Assembly: GCA_964016885.1 (NCBI GenBank)
Contig: OZ024744.1
Coordinates: 104,966,001-105,030,000, forward strand
Origin: Eledone cirrhosa
Lineage: Eukaryota
DNA length: 64,000 nt
Direction: 5' to 3'
Shown here: positions 43,365 to 53,969 of the stretch, piece after piece
Layout: each line of letters begins with the position of its first letter
How positions within the stretch are numbered: the first letter of the stretch is position 1
The notes under the pieces: generated by a model
What the model saw: the letters and a program-made list of their open reading frames with translations, nothing else
What the model was told of the DNA's origin: nothing
The model's database searches: none
Position numbers and translations under genes: made by a program

Positions 43365-43503
43365 TGGCTGGCTGGTTGGTTGGTTGGTTGGTTGGTTGGT
43401 TGGTTGGTTGGTTGGTTGGTTGGTTGGTTGGTTGGTTGGTTGGTTGGTTGGTTGGTTGGTTGGTTGGTTGGTTGGCTGGCTGGTTGGTTGGTTGGTTGGT
43501 TGG
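43365..43503. repeat. (TGGT)n tetranucleotide microsatellite; a (GAT)n run lies nearby at ~43209-43233
   Basis: Read directly from the sequence; it explains the WLVG/PTNQ pseudo-ORFs. Confidence 0.97.
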
Positions 43504-44570
43504 GTCACACGAAAACTACACAAACACACATACACACACATGTAAAGAGGGAGAGGCAGAAAGAGAGAGATAGGCCCTTATACAGAGAGATACTATTAAA
43601 GTGTTAGATATTCAGAGAGAGAGAATAACGTCCCATGAAAGTCTAGAAATGGCTTAAACTATAGATCCTTTGATTTATAGGAAGGTTTAACAATATTGCA
43701 TTAGCTTTTATAAAGTCGTTTTACAATCTTTGATTTTACAGAACAAAGAAATGATCCTATTGATCCTATTTGAAATTAATCTACCCTCCAGCTTTAATCC
43801 ATAATCTACTTACAGTCCGTACTAACGAAGCAACACTTCAAAAGCATTGTTATGCGGTATATTGCTGTATTTCAGATTACGTCCTTTGGAGGTGAAAAAG
43901 ATCATACTGACTATGGTTATTTCACAACATTTAAAATCCAAGGCTACCATTTAATCGGCAGTTTACTCCCCCAGCCTAATAAGGAAGTTTTATGATTGTT
44001 TTTTTATGTCTCTCTCTCACACACACTCACCCACATTATGGTGTCACCTCTTACCAGACAACACATCCAATACACTTGTTTTCTCTTTTATCCATCTTCT
44101 CTTAACTGTTCTCCCGGGTGAAGCCAGGTACCTCAGCTAGTATATATATATATGCATTGTTATATTTGGGCATATTAATATTGACAAGAACCTTGCAAAA
44201 TAAATACATAATATATATATATTGATCGGAATATCGCTAATAGCTTTCTCCGTTTATGTATTATGTATATATATATAGTGTGTGTGTTTACATATGAACA
44301 CACTATATATAGTTCAGTATATTACAAATATTTACTCTACTACTCACAAGTATTAGTTTGTAAGGGGTTGGTATTCATGTGATTCCAGAGGCCATAGCCT
44401 CTGTGGTAGGTCTACCATACATTCTCTCACAGTACTGTTGCTTAACTGTAATAGAACTGGTCTACCATATACACTTCTCCCCTGTACCCCCCCCCCCCAT
44501 TATCTCTTTCTTTATATGATGTGATATGTATTTTTTATTCTTTGCAATTACTGGTATTATCTTAACTTAA

Positions 44571-44755
44571 GGGCGGTGGATTGACAGTATTGGTAGAGGG
44601 TCGATCGCCATGCCTTGCACCATAGAGTTACGGCCCTTTACAGTCTGAGTTCAAATCCCGCTGAGGTTAACTTTGCCTTTCATCCTTACGGGGGTTGATA
44701 AAATAAAGTACCAGTAATACACTGGGATAATTGCTGGCCTTGTGCTAAATATAGA
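44571..44755 (+). mobile_element. tRNA-related SINE, family A
   Basis: A-box-like TGGATTGACAGTATTGG, B box GAGTTCAAATCC and body CTTTGCCTTTCATCCTTACGGGG..GATAAAATAAAGTACCAGT. Similar copies lie at 48857 and 49903. Confidence 0.8.
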
Positions 44756-45036
44756 TTGTGAAGCATTATAAAAGCATAAAGGAAGTATTACATACTACAG
44801 GAATAAAAATCTTTAGGATATATTAAAGAAAATATTTCTATTACTGATCATTTATCAATTAACATGTTCCCCAAATCTTCCGCTTGAATCTGATCGACAT
44901 GTGGGCCATCATTGGATTGTCAACAATGTCTTCATCAACATTCATGTCACAGACATTGTTGTCGCACAAGAAGTCATGTCCCATCCACCAAGTGAACTGG
45001 AGATGGGAATTTTGCTAAAAAAAAAAAGGCATATAT

Positions 45037-45037
<1 letters not shown>

Positions 45038-45067
<30 letters not shown>

Positions 45068-47590
45068 CTGTTTAATGTCCATTTTTCCACGTTAGCATGG
45101 GTTAGACAAGTTGTCCCATTGTGAGACAAGCCAGATCTGATGACCATGTCTTGCTCATACAGAACTGATTGCTTTGCTTTCTACAGCTGGATGCCTTTCT
45201 TCATGCCAACCACATTTATAGTGAGTACTGGGCGCTCTTTGTCGTGTCACCATTGCAACCACTTTACAGTATGGGCTGGGTGCTTTTTATCATGACTCTT
45301 TCATGAACACCCTACAGTGTGGGCTGGGTGCTTTTGTCATAACACCAACACAACCATCCCACAAAGTCGGCCAGATGCACTTCCGTCATGTCACCAACCT
45401 TACATGAAGGACTAGGGGCTTTTGTTGTATCACCAACACGGTGAGCTGGGAGCTTTTAGCCTTTTCAGGAGCATGTTCAGCTTTTCATGCTTGTATGCAT
45501 GGGTTGGACAAGAGAGATGTGAAAGGTGGGAAGTGGGAGGGTGTGGTGCATGTATGCAAGGGATTAGAGAGGTAGGTCTAAGATGGGGTACTTAGCTGGT
45601 GAACGATGAAGTGTTAGTACTTTAAGGTGTCAACAAAGTGCTTTTTGTCATGGCAGATTTGGAGGATGTCCTACTTTCCATGCTTGTATGTAGGGGTTGG
45701 GCATGACTGGAGAGGTACCGTAGGTGTGTGTAAGGTTGGGAGAGGAGGGAGTATGCAAGTTAGACGTGGATAAAGTGAAAGGGGTATTTAGTTGGTGAGG
45801 CCAAGGGTATTAAAACTAGGAGAGGGCTAGGGAAATGTTAGTTGCAGATTTGTGTCCTCTACATGTTTCATGTGTACATGGAAAGGCAGGTCTTCTACAG
45901 TACAACATAGCACCAGAGATCTTGATCCTGTGAGAGGTATAATTGTGCAAGGTCAGCTTTTATCACTTCATCCCAAGTCTTCCTAGGTCTTCCTCTTCCA
46001 TAGATTCCATCAACTTTGTGTGTTCTACACCTTTCCATACAGCTGTCACCCCTCATCCACATCACATGTCCATACCACCTCAATCTCCTCTTCTACACAC
46101 TGCATCTGACTCCTCTTACGCACAGTGTTTCTCTCTCAGTACATTGATGCTTTGCTGTTCATGTATATTACTATTGCACATCCAGCGGAACATGTAAGCT
46201 TCATTACTTTCCAATCTTTATAGGTCCTCTGCACACAATGCCCAGGTCTCACTTCCAGGCAACATTGTTGTTTGTACACAGGCTTCATACAGTCTGCCTT
46301 TCATTTTGCAGGAAAAGCTTTTTGTAGTTAGTGGCGAGAGTAACTCCCTGAACCTTTTTTTTATCAAGTTCTTACTCTGGCTTCTATACTTTTGGAACAC
46401 CCATCTCCACTGTTGATTTGGTTACCCAGGTAACAGAAGCTATCAACTACTTCTATGGAGCCTTCTGAGCATTTAAAGGAGCTTGTATTCTGTGAGAACT
46501 TACTGCTTCCTGCTCATGAGCATTGGCCACATATAAAATCTACATTCTTTGCTAGCCTCCCTGAGATCCCACTACATCTCTTGTGTACTCATAGTTTGCA
46601 TATGGGACATTGGATAGAATTTCTATCCACGCCTTTTCTACACACCGAACTGGGCAATTTCCCAGAAGTGATCAGGGCCTTGTTTTCCTTACTACTTACT
46701 AGCCCTGTAGTCTTTGCTAAGTTGACTTTAAGACCTTTTGATTCCAAGTTATGCTTCCAGGTCAGGAATGTTTTCACTAGTTCTGTCATAGATTCAGCTA
46801 AGATAGTTAGATCATCAGCATATAGCTCCCATTGGCAGCTGTTTTAAACTCTTCTGTTACAGCATGGAGGATGAGAATAAACAGGAAAGGGCTAAGAATG
46901 GAACCCTGGTGAACCCCAACTTGCATGCTAAACTCCTCACTATAATAATTATTAATTTTAACTTTAATGACTGCACCTCTGTAAATAGCTTGAATTGTCT
47001 ACACAAGCCACTCATCTGCCCCTAGTTTTCTAAGAGCCCACTAGATTATGGAACAGGAGACTCTGTCAAAAGCTTTCTCCAGTTCAACAAAAGCCAAGTA
47101 AAGGGGCTTACTTTTAGTTAGGTACTTCTTCTGCAGTTGCCTCACAAGGAAGTGGGCATCAGTGGTACTTTTACCTGGCACAAATCCAAACTGCATGTCA
47201 TCTAGGTTAACACGGTCCCTAATCAGCTGAGCTATAACTCTTTCTGTGACATTTATGATCTGGTCCATCAACTTGATGTCTCTATAATTTTCTCTGTCTA
47301 ATGCATCTCCTTTGCCCTTATAGCAGTTGACAAGGACACTGCTACACCAGTCATTAGGTATGACACCTTTCTACATTACATGGTTTACAATATGGGTGGT
47401 TAAGGTGTGACCTACCATCCCAGATGCTTTCAGCATCTCAGTAACTATCCTCAATGGTCCAACTGCTTTACCTGTCTTCATAGCCATAATTGCTTTACGT
47501 ACTATACTACTGCTGACTTATACAGCTGGTTCTTCTGTTGGATCCACTCGGAGCAGACTATCTTCCTTCCATACATTCTTCTCATTCGCC
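45038..47590 (-). mobile_element. Older decayed RTE-clade LINE with an expanded, internally repeated 3' UTR
   Basis: Fragments MDQIINVTERVIAQLIRDRVNLDDMQFGFVPGKSTTDA, LAFVELEKAFDRV and RWYGHVMWMRGD...GRPRKTWDE; (CAT)n tail at 45038-45066. Confidence 0.9.
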
Positions 47591-48050
47591 ATTCTCTCAT
47601 ATTGACACTTCCATGCAACATATTACAGAGAAGTTCATATTTTCTGGCATGTTTACATGCCTACAAATTAGATATATCTATATATTTATACACTTTGGTG
47701 CAGTCTCGGTTACACACTCTGTATTTATACAGGTATAACATTCTTATACACTTCGGCTGGTAGTGCACTTCTTACTGTATATATATATATATTCATATAT
47801 TCGTAGACCTTATATCCTTCACTATAGTGGTTCTCTACCCCTTGTAAATGACAAAAATAACCCCTTTTTGTGTTTTCTTCTCTATAAACTATATTATTGA
47901 GAGCCCAGTAATTTATTCCTTGAGCTCATAAATTTACAGGGAATTAACTATATATATTTAAAGGTTAAACAAGGTTCAATGAATATTTCAAAGAATGAGT
48001 TTTACAATAGATTGGATTAAATCTTAACCATCTACTAAGTCAGGGCAGCT

Positions 48051-48117
48051 TATTTTATCTGATGAGGACGTACTGTTGAAGATAGCTCAGTATCTCTGAA
48101 ATATGTACAATAAAATA
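48051..48117 (+). ncRNA. Minimal type-I hammerhead-ribozyme motif (U16.1 changed to C, probably inactive)
   Basis: Stem I TATTTTAT/ATAAAATA; core CTGATGA (48059-48065); stem II GGAcGTACTG/CAGTATcTCT; GAAA; stem III region TATGTAC. Confidence 0.6.
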
Positions 48118-48418
48118 TACTTGATCACACGAATGTCTATTTTTTGTTAATATTTTGAATATATATATATATATATATATAGTACTTATACTTATATATG
48201 AGTTATATATAATTATAAATATGAAAGGGTAGTATTAAGCACTACCTAATTACCAGTAAGAGAAAAAGCTCAATGTAAATTATCAGATGTATTATAAACC
48301 TGAGATACAAAATAAAAAATATAAAACAATTGCTTTATATTTTGTATGTATATATATATTTATATATATATTATTCAAAATATTAACAAATGAAAAATAT
48401 TCTCATAATCAAAATATA

Positions 48419-48484
48419 TACTTTATTATATATATTTCAAAGGTACTGTGCTGTTTTTTCAGTACGTCCTCATCAAACAACATA
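48419..48484 (-). ncRNA. Minimal hammerhead-ribozyme motif, inverted relative to the 48051 copy (C3 changed to T)
   Basis: Minus strand reads TTGATGA GGAcGTACTG...CAGTACcTTT GAAA TATATAT A. The downstream TTTGTTAATATTTTGAATA is shared with the 48051 copy. Confidence 0.55.
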
Positions 48485-48492
48485 TATGATTT

Positions 48493-48898
48493 GAAAGCAT
48501 GGCGTCCGACCCTCTACCGATACTGCCAATCCACGTGATATAGTAATGCAATAATATATAACTTAACGTGATATAGTAATGCAATAATATACAACTTAAC
48601 CAACAGAATATAGTACGGTGTGGTAAATTGCACTCAGTATAATATAACATATTAATACTGGAATTCAATAATCAAGACCATAGCGGTATGTCATATATGA
48701 CATATCGCTATGGTCTTGATTATTGAATTCCAGTATTAATATGTTATATTATACTGAGTGCAATTTACCACACCGTACTATATTCTGTTGGTTAAGTTGT
48801 ATATTATTGCATTACTATATCATGTTAAGTTATATATTATTGCATTACTATATCACGTGGATTGGCAGTATCGGTAGAGGGTCGGACGCCATGCTTTC
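48493..48898. repeat. Spacerless 406-bp palindrome (203-bp arms, 2 mismatches seen)
   Basis: Centre TCATA|TATGA at 48695/48696; arms pair out to G48493:C48898. ORFs 48459-48668(-) and 48723-48995(+) start with the same peptide. Confidence 0.96.
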
Positions 48899-49040
48899 CA
48901 GCATAGTTACGTCCCTTTACGATCTGAGTTCAAATCCCGCCGAGGTTGACTTTGCCTTTCATCCTTACGGGGTCGATAAAATAAAGTACCAGTAATGCAC
49001 TGGGTAATTGCTGGCCTTGTGCCTAAAGTAGAAACAATTA
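48857..49040 (+). mobile_element. tRNA-related SINE, family A; its head forms the end of the palindrome's right arm
   Basis: GTGGATTGGCAGTATCGGTAGAGGGTCGGACGCCATGC...GAGTTCAAATCCCGCCGAGG...GATAAAATAAAGTACCAG matches the 44571 copy. Confidence 0.82.
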
Positions 49041-49370
49041 TCTTATTATAATTTTCATCTTTTAATATACTATCTTTCCTAGCCATAACATTAATTTATA
49101 TTCACCTTAAAACTCAATACAACACTAATCACCATTTATTTTGACATTCCTTTTAAATTCACTATACAAGATACATTCAACTATCAGTTTGACAATCCCC
49201 TTCCTTCCTAATAGATTTTTATGCCATTTCTACTAACACCTTTCAACCATTCCTTTCAAAGGGTCATGACCTCAACTAAAGTGTATTACTTTTCATCTTA
49301 ACACCATATGAGAAAAACAATTAAATTCGTTAGTTCTTTCACTACTTCCAAATTTATTGAATAAAATTAT

Positions 49371-49506
49371 TATTGCTTTTGAAAACAGCTGGTGATATGC
49401 ATAAGTAAATATTCTCTCTATCTGATAGTTTGTAAACTTACATAGATCAATAACTGAGTATAGATACAATGTATTATCACCATCTAGAAACGATTGTAAA
49501 GCAGTG
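49371..49506 (+). ncRNA. Degenerate hammerhead-like motif, second type with long stem II
   Basis: Stem I TATTGCTT/AAGCAGTG; core TTGAAAA (two transitions from CTGAAGA); stem II CAGCTGGTGATA/TATCACCATCTA; then GAAAC GATT GTA. Confidence 0.35.
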
Positions 49507-49693
49507 AAGTATATCTCTAATGACTTGATTTTTTATTTCATTGTTTTAACTTATATCATGACTGTTTTCCTTTTAATGTTTTATTGTTTTCTGAGATTTA
49601 TCTTGACCTACAACATTTTCAACATATGGATTACATTGAGTTCTTCATACAGAATAGACCCCACAACTTACAGTGGATACCTCTGTGTATATT

Positions 49694-49725
<32 letters not shown>

Positions 49726-49902
49726 TTTAACTGTTGGTCAATGATAAACATTGATTGCCAGCTAAATTAACTATAGAGATGTAAAATATACAGGTGCAAA
49801 AACCAACCCAAACCAAACAGGGAGCGTGTTTTATTATGTATTTCTGGCAATATTATAATAATATGACTCTCCCCAAATATAACAATATATATATAACTTT
49901 AA

Positions 49903-50040
49903 TAATTGTTTCTACTTTTGGCACAAGGCCAGCAATTATCCCAGTGTTTTACTGGTACTTTATTGTATCGATCCCGTAAGGATGAAAGGCAAAGTTAACC
50001 TCGGCGGGATTTGAACTCAGTCCGTAAAGGGACGTAACTG
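49903..50040 (-). mobile_element. 5'-truncated family A SINE with an approximately 20-bp flanking direct repeat (TATATATATAACTTTAATAAT)
   Basis: Reverse complement of the 48905-49040 SINE body. The direct repeat at ~49886-49906 and ~50053-50073 is consistent with a target-site duplication. Confidence 0.8.
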
Positions 50041-50584
50041 ATATATAATACTATATATATATAACTTTAATAATAATAACAGTGTGGCTATTATTGGGTA
50101 TAAACTTAACCAGAGGGTTTAAAGCTCGATGCAGTGGGGTTCATGCAGAACATTCTAAAATTTCTGATTTTATAATCTCACATCCTCGGGATGAATCTCT
50201 GTCAGTTGAAAAATGTGTTAGTTTGATACCAATTAACTCTTTGGTGTTTCCTATTCTTTATATATATACATATGTATGTGTGTGTCTGTTTATATGTGTT
50301 TATGTGTATGTGTGTGTGTGTATTCACGTAGTAATGATGGTCATGAGAATGATTGCTTAAGACCTTCGTAGAGATTGATATATTCTTTATTAAAGCCAAG
50401 CTTTAGTCTTGAAGATAGTATTTCAATAAAAATATATATGTGTGAAAATGTTAATCTTTGTATTTGTGTATTGTGTATCAACAGATGTCACCAGTGAAGC
50501 AGTTTATAACATAAGATGATGGTGTATTATCTTATTAGTATAGCAGCATGTATTATTCACCATTTTAGTAGTATATAACATCAT

Positions 50585-50637
50585 ATCATCATCATCACCG
50601 TTTTACGTCCGTTCTTCCGTGCTAGCATGGGTTAGAC
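50585..50637 (-). mobile_element. Tail-only (~53 bp) RTE/SINE insertion
   Basis: ATCATCATCATCACCGTTTTACGTCCGTTCTTCCGTGCTAGCATGGGTTAGAC is nearly identical to 40194-40241. Confidence 0.75.
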
Positions 50638-51734
50638 TTTATAATGTTTTTACATATAATTTATTAACAAAGATTGCAAGAAGAGCTATGTTAGCTGGGC
50701 TGGATGGCGTGCCATAAGAAATGAAACAAACAAAATTAAGGTTTGAGAAAGTACGGTCAACTGGCTGAGGCGTTAGCCAGGCCCGTTTAGCCAGGCCCGT
50801 AGTGATGTTTTGTCGTTACATATTGTTTATGCTTGAGGAACAAAATCAAGATATGTTTTACGTTAACAGTGCCAAGCTGCAAGAGAGAGAGTTTATCGAA
50901 AAGAAGCGGGAATTTCTCCATTTTGGTGGAAGTTGAGATACATTTCCCTACGCTGCCAGCAATTGGCTGAACTCAGCCAAACAAAGCACGGAAAGGGTAT
51001 CAATGCGCCACAGGAAAGTAGCTTGCTACAGTCTTGATACTCTAAAGTTGCTCCTGTGTACTCACAGGGTCGCTCTCTTACAACCCTGTAAATACACAGG
51101 AGAAACTCCAAAAGTGCAGCAACAAAAAAGCATCCCCAAAAAATAGGATGAAGATGAGTAAATTAGGAATATACTGGCAGGCAGAGACTTAAATATTGTT
51201 CCACCTGTCTGCTTCCTGAGATTAAAGTGGAGGAAGGTGGACAAGGAGAGGGAGTCAAGAGCACTCTTGCAGGACCTCTCTATTCTTGTTTCATCCCACT
51301 TGCATGGGAGGGGAGTCATCTGCAGTTTATCATTTTTGCCAGTCAACTTGAACCTGAGTCATCTTTTTTGTGAGGTTCAACTGTGAGGTTCAACTGTGAG
51401 GTTCAACTTTTCCTTGGTCTTCCCCATCCATGGGTTCAAAACTAGACAGGCTATATGTTGCATTTTTCAGGGCTAGGAAATTATAACTTTCAAAAAGCGC
51501 ATGCGTGCACGCACACACACACACACACATACATTCTATAAGTGTAATCTGTAATAATTTTCTCAAACTGTAACAAGACTGTTTGCAGTGAACATTAGCT
51601 AGAATAGTTTAGGCTTTGAACTGTAAAGTTGATTATAAAATTTTAGTTGTTTCAGAACAGATTTCTTTTCTGAAACTTGATTTTTCCAGATCCCATTGAA
51701 TGTAATTCAGGTGTTTGAATTACAGACACAACTT

Positions 51735-51855
51735 ATTCTTGTCAACTGAATGAATTAGAGCAGGCAGCATAGAATATAGTGAATTGCTCATATACACAAT
51801 ATAATACCAGAAATCAAACTTAGAGTCATTCAATCTTGAAGTTAACACCTAAACA
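51735..51855 (-). mobile_element. Highly decayed tRNA/CORE-type SINE relic
   Basis: CAACTGAATGAATTAGAGCA...TTGCTCA...CACAA...GAAATCAAACT weakly parallels 55860-55960 and the reverse complement of 63200-63290. Confidence 0.4.
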
Positions 51856-52433
51856 ATATCATATCCTGGGATATTTTACTTTTGAATTACATTGTATAGA
51901 AATATGGGCAATTTAAGAATCAAAGAGGTCATTTTCATCAACTAGAAAAAACCACAGTAAATAATAGACTGGAAATGCACAAAACAGATTGGTAACTATA
52001 ACGATTTCAGGCATGTGTATTTCAGACACATAGACCAGTTAAGAAAGAACACATCGATTGTTCATTCTTGTTTTGAACTGTTTCTATTTCACATTTAAAA
52101 ATAGGGTAATAGCCCTGAAATATGTTGAAATATTCTGGGTAAAACATTACTTTGTTTTGTTTTAGTTGTCATCATTTGCCCTTCATATATTTCTACTACA
52201 TTGTACTGGCTTTTTGAAATTTATTATTCTTTTATTACATTGTATAATAGTTTTGTTATGACACTATAGAGGGAGAACCTTTGTGACAATTGAAATACCT
52301 GTTTACAATATAGTCAGTCATCAATTTTATACTTATTATCAACACAAATTAGCACACCTTTGCATTTTGTCTGCATTCAGTCTCATTTTTTTTTTTTTTA
52401 GAAAAGGATTTATTAAATCATGTTTCTTAGTGT

Positions 52434-52603
52434 ACAAAGAAATCTTTTCAACTTGAAAAATTGTTTTCTGTAGACCAGTAATTCACAAACAAAGAAATCT
52501 TTTCAACATGAGAAATGTTTTATTTTCTGTAAACCAATAATTTACAAAGAAATCTTTTCAACGTGAGAAATTATCTGTTTTCTGTAGACTAACAATTCAC
52601 AAA
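52434..52603. repeat. Three tandem ~55-bp units starting ACAAAGAAATCTTTTCAAC
   Basis: The motif starts at ~52434, 52489 and 52544. Confidence 0.85.
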
Positions 52604-52879
52604 CTTACTTTGTCATTGGAACCCTTATATGTTTTTAAAAAAATCTCAAAATCCCTATCTACATTATATAAACACTTCGCAGTGCTCTAATTCTAATATG
52701 ACAGTATAAGATGCAAAACAATGTTTTAGAGAAAGAATTTATTCATAAATAACAAAAAGAACAACATATAATACATTTTCATGAAATTTTATTAAAAACT
52801 GCCTTATCTTACAGACCAAAAGTATTTTCATCCATTGGATAGCTAGATGAATTGAGACATACACAGAATTAGATCAAGT

Positions 52880-53373
52880 GTTGTAGTGCTGGTGCCATGA
52901 TAAAATGCTCTTGGTACATTGTAGGGTGCTGGTAAAACAGAAAAGGGTACCTGGTCAACTCTATGAAGCAGTAGTGCTTGGGTCATGATAAAATGGTCCC
53001 AATATAAGCTGTAATGTGGTAGGCATTAATAAGGGCATCAAGCCAAAAATGGAGTGTATAAGCAAGGCATGGTCATCTGACTGGTCTAGACTCAGTGTGT
53101 GACAGTCTGTCGAGCTCATGCAAGAATGAAAAGTGGACATTAGAGGATGGTGGTGGTGGTGGTGGTGGTAGTGGCAGTGGTGATAATGACAATGATGGTG
53201 GTGGTGGTGGTGTTGGTGATGGTAGTGGTGATAATGACAATGATGATGGTGGTGGTGGTGGTGGTGGTGGTGGTGGTGGTGGCATTGATGGTGCTGATGA
53301 TGATGTTGATGGTGGTGGTGGTGACAGTGATGTTGATGACGATGATGATGGTAATGGCGATGGTGATGGTGAT
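52880..53373 (+). mobile_element. Decayed RTE/SINE 3' tail (52880-53145) running into a compound (GGT/GAT)n microsatellite (53145-53373)
   Basis: TGTAATGTGGTAGGCATTAATAAGGGCATCAAGCC and CTCATGCAAGAATGAAAAGTGGACATT resemble the family tail. The trinucleotide run starts where the (ATG)n tail is expected. Confidence 0.6.
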
Positions 53374-53969
53374 GTTCTGTCTAGATACATAATAAAATAC
53401 TTGTGGTGGATTAGAATTCAAGATCTATAACCTAGTAATAGTCTAATCCTATAACCATCTTTTAGTCACTGCTACATCCACAGAGATCTGTGCTATATCT
53501 TGCCGGCTGGGGCCTTGAGCTGGAGAGTAAGTTAGTTGGTAGAGGAGGCTACTTGTTCGGACGTCACTTTCACACATGTATTGAGTACTTGATTTAAACT
53601 GTCAATGTATACAAATGTAAGAAAAGGTGAACTACATTTTTGACATACAAAGTACCTCTATAGACAATATATAATAGCATAGCGACAACTGTATACCATT
53701 TGGTATACCATCTGTATACCATTTGGTATACCATCTGTATACCATCTTGGCTACATTTGTAACAGAAAGAACACTATATATATAAGAAATACAGCACCAA
53801 ATACCGTTTTATGTTAGCAGGCCTTTCCTTGGGTTTTGTTGAAGCTGAGTTGTCTGAAATGTTTGGTTTTACATTCTCTGAGGAATATTTTTTTCAAATA
53901 TAGTCTTTCCCAACTTTTACGATTAAATTTTATTTTCAATCTACATAAAAAAAACTTTTCTTTAAGCAA

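Noticed and set aside
43128-43607. Poly-Met, WLVG and PTNQ ORFs
   Set aside because: They are translations of (GAT)n and (TGGT)n microsatellites.
50097-50230. Further hammerhead-like stems (also ~52085-52133 and ~63010-63110)
   Set aside because: Some pairing and a GAAA-like segment are present, but no recognisable CUGANGA core; too degenerate to call in AT-rich DNA.
53073-53430. Pro-, Gly/Asp-, Thr- and Val-rich ORFs
   Set aside because: They are frames of a GGT/GAT trinucleotide repeat.
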